The position numbers and the translations under genes are program-made. Under the pieces are notes generated by a model. The model searched no databases. It was not told the DNA's origin and saw only the letters and a program-made list of their open reading frames with translations. A stretch of DNA of 64,000 nt from Dictyostelium discoideum (lineage: Eukaryota), in contig CM000154.2 of the NCBI GenBank assembly GCA_000004695.1, forward strand, positions 800,001-864,000, given 5' to 3'. Within the stretch, counting starts at the first letter, position 1. The number at the start of each line of letters is the position of its first letter. Below, piece by piece: positions 12,426 to 26,725 of this stretch.

Positions 12426-13388
12426 TATTATTATTATTATTTTATTTGTTTTGATTGATTTGCGAAAGAATTTATAAAAAAAAAATAAAAATTCAAAAAT
12501 TTCGGTAGCCTTTAGATTTTTTTTTTTTTTTTTTACCTGATTATTTGGGTTTTTTTTTTTTTAATTTTTAATTTTCTATTTTTATTTTTTTATTTATTTT
12601 TAATTAAAAGTTTTAATGAAATAATAAAATTTGGAAAAAACAGAAAATGTAAATCTATTTAATAAAAAAAAAAAAAAACAGTTCATTAAACTTCTTATTT
12701 TTTTACCCCATTTTTTTATTCGCAACAAAACCTTAAATGGAAAAAAAGAAACTACATTTTCCCAAAAGATATTCTAAATATAATTTTTTATAATTTTGGA
12801 AAGAAATCATTTTTGAATAACATTAAATAAATTGGAAAATATTTTGGTGAATGGAAACCATTTTTATTTTTATTTTTATTTTTTTTTTTTATAAAAATAA
12901 AAAGGAAGGAAAAAGTAAAAATTTTATAAAAAAAAAAAAAAAAGAAAATTATTGGATTCCCCATTTTTAAATATCAAATAATTTTTTATTGTAATTTATT
13001 TTAATGGGCCAAAAAATTAAAAAAATATTTAGATTTTAAGCTGAAGGTGATGACACGTTCACAAAAAAAAAAAAAAAATTAAAAAATTTTTTTTTTTTTT
13101 TTTTTTTTAATTTTATTTTTTTAATTTTTATATTTTTTTTAAATTCAAAACACTTCACACCTTTATATTTTTATTTCTGCATTTACAATTGTTAGAAGTG
13201 ATAAATTGTCTTTTTTTTTTTTTTTTTTCTTTCTTATTATTATCTCTTCAATAACACCACTCAATAACTATCAACCATCATTTATTTTTTTTTTTTTTTA
13301 GTAAATTATCAGATGACAAATTAAAAAGAAACAAATAAAAAAAAACAACAAAACAAAAAAAAAAAAAAAAAAAAAAAAAAAGAAAGAA

Positions 13389-16054
<2,666 letters not shown>

Positions 16055-16398
16055 ATCATTGTTTTTTATTTTCTCCCAACCAATTTTGTTCTTAAATGTT
16101 TTTTTTTTATATTTTTATTTTTTTTTTTTTTTAAATAAAATAAATTAAATATCAAGCACCTATTTAATATTTCCAAGAAAAACTTTCCCGCCAAAAAAAA
16201 AATATATATTTTTTTTTTTTTTGTTTGTTGTTTTTTTCATTTTTTTTTTATTTTTTTTTTTTTATTTTTATTTTTATTTTTTATATAAAAAGATTTCCAC
16301 ATACAACAAATAATAGTCAAATTGTTTTTATTATTTTTTATTATTATTTTTTTATTATTATTAAAAAATAAATTATAAAATAAATAAATAAATAAATA

Positions 16399-16719
16399 AT
16401 GAATGAAAATTATAATACAATTAATAAGATATTACAAACTTTAGAAAGTAATATTAATGTTACTAGTAGTTTATCAAGTACAACAATTGATCAAAAAATT
16501 CAACAACAACAGTTTCAAGAGATTGATAAATCATTTACATTATTAATAAATTTATTAAAAGAGAGTGATGAAAATGGAATGGTAATATCAGTTTTATCAA
16601 ATTCCGATATCGCATTAAGATTCATTAATATATTTCAAACTCATATAATATGTTGTAATAATAATCAATCAACACCATTACCAAATTTAAAATTAAAAAA
16701 TAATAATAATAACAATAAC

Positions 16720-16753
<34 letters not shown>

Positions 16754-19700
16754 GTAATAATAATAGTATTTTAAATAATCAAATTGATAAATTAGCAATT
16801 AATTCATTAAGATCATTAGGATTTTTTTTATATTCATCATCAATTATTAAATGTTTATCATCAGATACTCAAATTAGAGAGATTTCAACATTGTTAGAGA
16901 ACACTATTCAAGTTACAAAAAATAAGAATATATGTAACTATGCGATTTGGTGTTTTTCATCCCAAAGTTTTCCAAATGGTCCAATTAGTAATAAATTACC
17001 AAATACATATTGTGATTTATTAGAAAACACTCCATTCAATTCTAAAACCATTGAAAATGAAGTTTTAAATTCTTTTACAACATTGCTACAACAAAATATT
17101 CAACTCTATTTAAATTCAACTGAAATTTGGTTACCAATTATTTTTAATAAAATTTTAAGATTAGAAAATTTACCAAAGTAAGTATATAAAAATTCATAAA
17201 TAAATTAATAAACAAATTAATAAATAAAATAAATTATTTAAGAAATTAATAATAAAAAAATATATAAAATAATAGTATAACAGAAAAATTAAAACAAATT
17301 TTGGAAATTGTTGTTAATCATTATCAAATGAAGAATAATGTAATGAGTGAAAGAGTATCAGAGGTGTTATTAAGTAATTGTAATAGTTTTATGGAGAATA
17401 TGGGTAAACTATTTGATACAAAGAATGAAATTCTAAGTATTCAATGTTGGGGTATCTATGTTTTCTTTACTGGTAAATTAATATTTGTAAATAAAATGGC
17501 AAATAAAGTTTTAGGTTTAGCAGAGGTAAGTTAATAATAATGATAATAATAAATTTAAAAAATCAATATAATAATAATAATTTCTTTAAAAAAAAAAAAA
17601 AAAAAGAAATGTTTTACACATGAAAATAAATTAGTTAGAATTGAAACATATAATAGTTGGAAATTATTAATTGATAGTATGGATATTGAATATATTAGTG
17701 TTGATAAAAGATTAGAATTATTTTGTGCACCATTTATGACAGGATTTACAAGTGAACGTGAAGCAGAGGTTAAAAAAACTAGTTTTTCAACATGGATGTA
17801 CTTTTTAAAACAATTTAAAACTCAACTATTCGATGTTTTCAATAAAGTTTTTACACCACTTTTTATTAGCATTTTAAAGAATATAAAGACTTTTAAAGAT
17901 AATGATGAAAGTGAAAATGAAAAGAATAAAAATAAAAATAATAATAATTATAGTAATAATGCAGATTTTGAATTAGGTGAATCAGCATTACATTTATTAG
18001 TATCAATTACAGCACCGTCACAAGAGGTTAGAAGAGTTTCAAAATTAAAATTACAGGGATTGTATGGTATTGTTTTGGATACATTACCATTATCATTCAA
18101 TTCCAATCAAGTATTGAAATGTATAACTGGTGATTTGGAACCATTTACATTGGCAATCTCAACCAATTTCCTTTCAACTTCGACACCAACTAAAACCATT
18201 TTACCATATTCAAATGAAAAAATTGAAATTTGGAGTGGTCTATTGAAGAGAATGTCAAATATTGATAAGAGGGATCAAAACTATTTACCTTTTTTAAAGA
18301 ATGTTTTATTATTTATTCAGAAATTATTTGCCCAATTGGACCCATCCTCCCTATCACCTGATGATCATGAATTATGGTTTTATCGTTCAATTTATCAATT
18401 AACAATTTCAAATGTACCAAATTCAGTTTTAATTGGTAGTGGAAGTAGTAGTAGTAATACTGAAAATACTGGTGGTGGTAGTGGTAGTGGTAATGGTGAA
18501 AATATAATTGAAAATATAAATGGTGGTAAAAATTATATTGCTATTGATTTCTTTACATTGAATTTAATAGAATTTGGATTTAAATTAAATCCTGATCAAA
18601 TTAAAGAATTTTTAATACCATTGTTTGAAGAGTTATGTTCGTGTAGTTTCTCAAGTAATAATTATGTTGATTTAGCTTCAAGATTAAACTTTACAGTGGG
18701 TGTAATGAATGATAATGTCGATTCAGATATTGGCTTAGTTTATCTTTTACAACTTTGGTTCACACTAACTAAAACCATTCAATCATTTATAAAAAAGTCA
18801 CATCAACTATTATCTTTACCTCAACCATTGATAATAAGAATATTGGAGAGTATTTCAAATTTACTCATTTGGCCACTACGTGCAATTGCTTCGACACCAT
18901 ATTCCAACGATACAAGTATTAAACCAAGTTCAATGTTGGAATCAAATATAAAATTATGGAAATCAACTTTTCAATCAATGGTAACCATATTTTCAATTAA
19001 AACCACTTTAAATCCAACAATTGCTTTCATATTACAAACTATTGATGATTTACAATTGAATTGTCATTTCAATTATTTCGATTTCATTCTATCAATAATT
19101 TCACCATTATTAGATAATTATGATATTACTCCAATAATTCAAAGTGGTAATATAAATAATCAACATGAAAAAAAGAAATCTATAAAGAATAATAATAATA
19201 ATAACAATGGATCACCAGTAGGAAACTTATTAGAAATTGATTTATTAATTTCAAATATATTATTAAATTTAAATAATATTTTAATGAATTGTCATCATAG
19301 TAAAATGATAATTAATGGTGGTGTTAATCAGTTTAGAGTGTTGAAACAATTATCACCTTTATTTGAAAGTATTGGAAATATGATTAAAAAGTGTAAATCT
19401 GTACCAATGTGTTTGGCAACCTTAAAGAATATGGAAGGTTCATTCATTTTATACTTAAAAGATGGTGGTAAACCAACCGATCAAACAATTCTTACAAAGC
19501 AAACTAATGAAGATAAATATATATTGACAACGTTAATTAAAAGTTCTTTCTTTACATTTTATTCAAATACATTGGATATTTTAATTAATGATGCTTCAAA
19601 TCTATCATCATCATCATCAACTTATTCCTCCTCTTCACCAATTTATAATAATAAACTCTTGGAACAATTAGAATTATTAATTATATCAGCATTTACAAGT

Positions 19701-20519
19701 TTATCTGATGAAAATAAAGAAAAAGTATTATTCTTTTGGAATGAAACTTGGGGTAGACAATCTCAAAATCAAGATTTAATTTATCCTTCAAAACTATATA
19801 AATGTTTTAAAAAGTTAGAGAATAGAGTATCAATTAAATTACCAAATTTTCAAAATCAACTAAACAACAACAATAACAACATCAATAATAATAATAAACG
19901 TTCAAATTCTCATTTAAGTGAATATAATAATTATACACTTGAATTAAATTCATCAAGAAATGAAGATTCTCAAGATGGTTTTATTTTACCAGAGTCTGAA
20001 CTTAATAAATTTAATAATCATAATACTAATTTAATAAACAAAGATAATAAAGATGTGATTATGGGTGGTAAATCTTCAAATACAACAGCAACACCAAAAA
20101 AGAAACAAAGAGTTTCAACTTCCTCCAATAAAGATCAATATGTTTTCATTGATAAACCAATAGAAAATGATATTTCCACACAATCATTAACTGAACATCA
20201 AATGGAAATATTTGAAAAACAAAAACTAAAAAGAAATTCCTCTACAACTTTATCCTCTTCATTATCATCTGCAAGCAACTCCAACAATAATAATAACAAT
20301 AATAATAATAGTAATAGTAACACTCCTCCAACATTATTATTAAATGGTATTAATGATAAATATATTGAAAATGAAGATTTACTCAGTATAATTAATAATT
20401 TAAATGATAAATTATTTGAAAATCAATCAACACTTTCACTATTACAAATTCAAACTATTTCTTTGGAAATTTCAAATAAGATTAATATAATTTTAAAAAA
20501 TAGGTTATTTAATAAATAA
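16399..20519 (+). CDS. Rif1 (telomere-associated / replication-timing factor) orthologue. Three exons at 16399..17177, 17276..17525 and 17607..20519.
   Basis: N-terminal HEAT-like blocks match my recollection of metazoan RIF1: NSLRSLGFFLYSSS ~ ALQALGFCLYNPK, NYAIWCFSSQSFPNG ~ RTRALWVISKQTFPSE, and TYNSWKLLIDSM...SVDKRLELFCAPFM ~ AFIAWKSLIDNF...SAKRLKLLMQPL. Two GTAAGT introns have consistent phases. Confidence 0.65.
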
Positions 20520-20585
20520 AACTTTTAAAATAGTATAGTTTTTTTTTTTTTTTTAATTGTTCTCTACAACTTTTTATTTCTGATT

Positions 20586-20921
20586 TTATTTCATTGAATC
20601 AAGAATTTTTCTAAGTTGAGTTTCGTTTGGTGAAACTTAAAAAAAAAAAAATTATAGTTAATATTTTTCATTTTTAATTTTGATTGGATATTTTTTTTAT
20701 TTTTTTAAAATTTACACACCAATTTCTTTTGTTTTTTTTCCCTTTTGGTATAACATAATTGTTGGAATACTTGTTATTGATTTTGTTGATTCATGTACAT
20801 TTATTTTATCAATTTCAACTTTTAAAAATGTTACCAAAGGGTATTGAGTGCTTAATTTGTTAAAAATTGGCTCTAAAACTTTGCAAGCCTGAAACATTTA
20901 AGTTTTTAGTTTTTTTTTGTC

Positions 20922-20952
<31 letters not shown>

Positions 20953-21272
20953 TACTTACACCTTTAATTCCAATTGATTTGAATATTTAATTAAATATTT
21001 ATATAAATATAATTATTTAATTAATTAATTTGACAATTTTAAATAAAATCCTATTATTAATAAATATATTATTTAAATTTAAATAAAAAAATTTTAATAA
21101 TTACCACCTAAAAAAAAAATAAAAATATGATTTTAGTTAATTTACAGTTTTAATATGATTTAATTTTAAATAGAAACTTACACCATTCAGCTCCAAAATT
21201 TATAATTACTTGGTCACCTTTTAATAATTCATCTAATTTTGTATTTATAGAAACATTAGTAACCTTACTCAT
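20586..21272 (-). CDS. Thioredoxin-like gene with a probable three-exon structure. The exon1/exon2 join is problematic (see findings).
   Basis: Exon 1 is MSKVTNVSINTKLDELLKGDQVIIINFGAEWC with a GTAAGT donor. Exon 2 is ACKVLEPIFNKLSTQYPLVTFLKVEIDKINVHESTKSITSIPTIMLYQKGKKTKEI. Exon 3 is (V)SPNETQLRKILDSMK*. This is the thioredoxin fold pattern (WC..CK, FLKVDID, IPT). Confidence 0.55.
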
Positions 21273-21342
21273 TTTTCTAATTATTGCTTTAAGTTTATTT
21301 TTTTTTTTTTTTTTTTTTTTCTCAACAGCTTTTTAAATTGAG

Positions 21343-21383
<41 letters not shown>

Positions 21384-21559
21384 ACCCCAACTGTTTGAAA
21401 ATGTTAAGTATTAATATCTAAAAATAATAAAATTATTTTTATTTATTTGTTGCTAAAATATGATTCGATTATTTAAAATAATTTTTTAATAATTTTCCTA
21501 ATTAAAATTTATTGATTTTTTTCTATTAATACTATTATTATTTTTTTTTTTTTTAATCT

Positions 21560-22005
21560 AATTTGTTGTTTTTTTTTTTACCAATAATAAAATTATTTAT
21601 TTTTTTCGAGAATATCTCTAAGCGACTGTTCACTTACAACATCTTTAATGAAAACATATGTTATAATTTTAATTTTGATATTTTTTAAATTTTACAAAAA
21701 AAGAAATACTTTACTTAATTCTCCAACTTGCGATCCACCTTTAAAAACTTTGAAAATTTTTACTAGTATTTTTTAGTATCTTTAAAAAATAAACATATAA
21801 ATAAAAAAAGAACAAATTATACATACTCCACCTAAAATAAAAGGTAAAAAAATTTAAAAAGAAACAAAATTATTAATATTAGAAGAAATCCTTTTATGGT
21901 AATATCAAAATAAAAACTTACTCCATTCTGCACTAAAGTCAATTATTGGTCTTTCAAATGTTTATCTAATTCAAATGGTGATGAAACAAAAATTACTCTG
22001 CTCAT
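21560..22005 (-). pseudogene. Second, tandem thioredoxin-like copy that looks like a pseudogene.
   Basis: Exon 1 reads MSRVIFVSSPFELDKHLKDQ* in the ATG frame. The -1 frame continues IIDFSAEW with the same GTAAGT donor position as the upstream copy. Relative to the neighbour (gaccaaGtaatt versus gaccaataatt) one nucleotide is missing. No middle exon with CxxC or FLKVDID can be found. A C-terminal-like exon (IFKVFKGGSQVGELS / NVVSEQSLRDILEKNK*) is present. Confidence 0.45.
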
Positions 22006-22393
22006 TTTTTTAACAAATAATTATTTTCCTGCTTTGTTTTAAAGAGTAAAATCAATCTAAAAAAAATTTTATGGAAATTGGATTAATTAAAAATAAAAAA
22101 TAAAATAAAATTGAAATAAAACACATAAATAAAAAAAAAAATTGGTGATGTTTTTTTTTTGTAGAACTCCCCTATACAACACTCTAAATTTGACTATTTT
22201 TTGCATATGAGATTTTGTGATAATGATTAAAAAAATATGGGTTCCAAAAAAAAAAAATAATAAAATTAGTTTAATCCATTTTTAAAAAAAAAAATGATGA
22301 TTAAAAAAAAATTTGTGAATGAGGGAAAAATTAATTATTTAAATTTAAAAAAAAAGGAATAGTTAATAGAAAATAATTTTTATTTGTGCTAAG

Positions 22394-22426
<33 letters not shown>

Positions 22427-22587
22427 AAGGATTCCCAATAATTCTTATTTTAATTAAAAAAAAAAAAAAAATTAAAAAAAAGTGAAAATTAAAAAATATG
22501 GGGTTCATTAAAATTTTTTTTTTTTTTTTTTCAGTTTTTTTTATCTTCACAAATAAAAAAAAGCAGTAAAAGTAATAATAATAATAA

Positions 22588-22612
22588 TTTAAACAATACA
22601 CATAATAATAAC

Positions 22613-22705
<93 letters not shown>

Positions 22706-22720
22706 TAATAATAATAATAA
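22588..22720. repeat. (ATT)n / (AAT)n microsatellite immediately upstream of the M16 peptidase start codon.
   Basis: Direct read. Confidence 0.9.
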
Positions 22721-22729
22721 TTGGTAAAA

Positions 22730-23123
22730 ATGGTTGCTAATGAACAACAACAACAACAACAAGAAGAAGAAAGAAAAGAGGTTAAACTCATTCAATCACC
22801 AAACGATAATAATAAATATAGATACGTTAAATTAAAGAATGGTTTAGAAGTTGTATTAGTATCTGATGAAACTACAGACCAATCATCATGTTGTTTATCA
22901 ATTAATATTGGTTCACTTTGTAATCCAAGAGAGATTGAAGGTTTAGCTCATTTTTTAGAGCATATGCTTTTCCTTGGTACTGAAAAATTTCCTGTTGAAA
23001 AAGAATTTGTAAATTTTATTTATTTAAATGGTGGTAGTTATAATGGTACAACTTCACGTATGTTTTTTTTTTAAATAAAAAATAAAAAAATAAAAAATAA
23101 ATAAAAAAATAAAATAATTAATT

Positions 23124-23154
<31 letters not shown>

Positions 23155-25733
23155 TTCCCAAAAATAATTAAGCAAATAAAACAAATTATTATTTTACGGT
23201 TAATCAAGAATCATTTGAAGAAGCATTAGATAGATTTTCATCATTTTTTATATCACCATTAATGAATGAGGATGCAGTTAATAGGGAATTGAATGCTGTG
23301 GATTCAGAACATAATAATAATATGCAAAAAGATTTTTGGAGAATGGATAGAATTGTTAATGATCAATTTGAAGGTCACCCAATGTCAATGTTTTTCACTG
23401 GTGATAGTTCAACCTTGAAACGTGATGATATCCGTGAGAAGGTTGTTGAATTCTATCAACGTTACTATAGTGCCAATTTAATGAAAGTTTGTATCTTTGG
23501 TAGGGAATCTTTGGATCAATTGGAGGAGTATGCAAATAAATACTTTTTACCAATTGTTAATAAGGATGTGAAAGTTCCAAAGCTTCCACCGTTGGCCATC
23601 ACGTCGAAATCGATAATGATCGAAGCAGAGCCAACACAAGATATGGATCTTTTGAAATTTGTTTTTCCAATACCCGATGAAAAGTTATGCTTCTCAAAGA
23701 ACTACAAGAATGCAAGTGCAAGCATTCTATCACATATATTGGGTCATGAATGCCAAGGTAGTCTATTTTCAGTGTTGTTCAATAAAGATTATGCATTCTC
23801 TCTATCCATTAGTAGTAATTCATTCTATGAGAATATGAACAAAATTGAAATTCAAATTCACCTAACCAAAACAGGCTTAGAGAATGTAGACGAAGTTATA
23901 GCCTTACTCTTTCAATCGTTTGAATTTGATACACCAGAATACTTTTTCACAGAGAAGAAACTTTTAAGTGAAATCAATTGGAAATCTTTTCAAAAAAGTG
24001 CACCCGCCAGCACCACCCAAGCCATCACCAGTAACTTGTTCCGTGTTGAAAGACCAGAGGAAACATTAAAGTATAATAACTTTTTAGAGCAATTTGCACC
24101 AGAGAAAATTAAAGAGATTCAAAGTTATCTTCGTCCTGATAATATGATTTGTTTATTCTATTCCTCAACCAAATTCAAAGGTAAAACCACCGAAATCGAA
24201 CCACATTATAAAATTAAATTCAACAAAAGATACATTGAACAATCAGATTTCGATAAATGGAAATCTTTCCCAAAGAATACCAATCTTTTCCTACCAAAAG
24301 AGAATCCATTCCTCCCAATCGATACTACCATCAAAGCGCCACAAGATCATTCAATTCATATTCCAAAGGAGGTTTACAACAACAATGGTGTTAAAGTCTA
24401 TCATTCATTGGACCATCGTTTCAATTCACCAAAGGCCAGAGTCAACATTCGTTTCGAATTGACTTCCTATGGTAATAATCAATCGATGGTAATGTGGAAT
24501 CTCTTAAAGAAATCACTTAAAGAGGTATTGAATGAAAAGATTCTTTACTATCTTTCAGTTTTAGATTTCTCAATGAAACTTCAAATTCTTACCACTCATG
24601 TAGAATTGCAATGCTATTGCTTCAATGATATCATCTTCACTGCGTTGGGCAAGGTTTTTGACTTTTTAATGAATTTAGATCTAAATGATATGCAATTCAA
24701 AAGAATCAAAGAAAAGGTTGCAAAAAGATTCCTCAGTAGTCATTATCTATCACCCTATCAAATTTCAATGCGTCATTTATCTTTACATAATTTTAATTGT
24801 AATTCAATGTTATTGGATAAACAAGAATACTTGAAAAAAGTGACAAAATCAGAATTCCTCAATTATTTCAAATCATTATTCTCCTATATCAATTTTAGCG
24901 CTATGGTAGTTGGTAATGCTTCCATTGAGGATGCTTGTGCTTTTGGTGAGAAACTCAATTCATTCTCTAATCGTAATTCCGCTTGTCCAGGTGAAGTTTT
25001 CAAATTGGCAAGAGTGAATTTACCATCGAATACAATCACTCATCAAAGAGAGTTTCTTTATGATACCAATCAAACCAATTGCTCCTCTTCCATTTCTTTC
25101 CTTATTGGTCAATTCAATAGAAAAACCTATGCAACTACATTGGTGATTTGTTCAATTTTAGGTAGTGCTTACTTTGAAGAACTTAGAACTAAAAAACAAT
25201 TTGGTTACGTTGTAAATTGTGCTCAAGATTGTACGGGAAATGCCATTTCAATGCGTTGTATCGTTCAGTCACACACTAAAACCCCTGAAGAAATTTTCGA
25301 TGCCACTATGGAATTCTTTGTTGGTTTTGAAAAAACTTTAGATTACTTCAAAACAAGTCCCTCTGATTTTAAGGATCTCATTGAGAATTGTCAAAAACAA
25401 AACACAGTAAAACAACAAAGTAATAGTGCTCAATCTTCGCTCTATTGGAGTTTCTTCACTTTTTGTGGTGATTTCGAATTTGAAAAAAAGAAATATGAAG
25501 ACATTGGTAAAATCACTTTTGATGATGTCAAACAATACTATCTCGATCATCTCTCTCCAAATACCGCTAATTTACGTATTTTCGCAGCTCATTGTTATCC
25601 ACAATCTTATCAAATTCCTGATGAAGTTAAACCTTTTGGAAATGTAAAAGTTAATCTCCTTAGAAAATATGAACATGATAATTTTAAAGAAAATCATGGT
25701 TATTTATCATCAAAAGTAAATTTACAAAAATAA
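22730..25733 (+). CDS. M16A metallopeptidase, insulin-degrading-enzyme/insulysin-like. Two exons at 22730..23057 and 23173..25733.
   Basis: Inverted zincin motif GLAHFLEHMLFLGTEKFP (HxxEH). After a 115-nt intron come TNYYFTVNQESFEEALDRFSSFFISPLMNEDAVNRELNAVDSEH, the canonical M16A downstream block. The product is about 960 aa. Confidence 0.85.
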
Positions 25734-26689
25734 AATAATAATAAAATATTAAATATTAAATATTTAATTAAATAAGGCTTTTTTTTTTTTTTTTTTTTTT
25801 TATATTTATTAATAAAATTATTATGCATATTATTTAATATTTTGGTACAAGGCCTCAAATCTAAAAAGGTCGGAATTTTGTTATTTTTGCGCTGGTAAAA
25901 ATTATTTTTGGTGAAAAAAAAAAAAAAAAAAAAAAAAAATTTTCACCAAAATACTGTTTTCAGCTAATAATATTTATTTATTTTATTTTTTTACTTTATT
26001 TTATTTTGTTTTATTTCATTTTTGGTTTAATTTTTTTTTAATTTAATTTTTAATTTAATTTTTTTTTCACAAATACTCTTTTATTTTTTTATTTTAATAT
26101 TATTAAATAATTTTATTTTATTTTATTTTATTTTTTTTTTTTTTTAATCTGATTATAATAATTTGACATTTATTTTAAAGATAACGATCATTTGGAAAGA
26201 TTTTTTTTTTTTTCAGTTTTTTTTTTCTTTTTTTTTTTATTTTTTTTTTTATTTTTTTTTTTTTTATTATTTTTTTTTTTTTTCGACACAATTGCACCGA
26301 CACAAATAAAAACAATATCATTATTTTATATCTAATATTAAATATATATTACATTAAATCAATTAATTATTAGTTTAATTTATTGTTTTTTTTTTTTTTT
26401 TTCCCTTATTTTGTTTATTATTATTTCATTACATAATCACCCCCTTTTTTTTTTATTTTTAATTTTTTTCATTTTTTTTTTTTTTGACAATTTTTTTTTA
26501 TTTTTCGCTCTTTATTTTGTTTTTATTTATTGGGATCATTAATATAAATTTATATCTATATCACACATTGTTTTTATTTCATAATTTCATACACCCACTT
26601 TTTTTTTTTATGACACAAAAACAATTTAAATAAAAATAAATTTACCGCTCTTTGTAAAAATAAATAAAAAAAAAAACAAATAAAAAAAC

Positions 26690-26721
<32 letters not shown>

Positions 26722-26725
26722 CATT

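Noticed and set aside
20951-21110. Possible micro-exons inside the thioredoxin intron (ag|GTGG… at about 21108, and …AAAGGTGTAAGT at about 20960) that might restore the CxxC motif.
   Set aside because: No combination gives a continuous in-frame product. All tested joins hit stops or lack GT donors.
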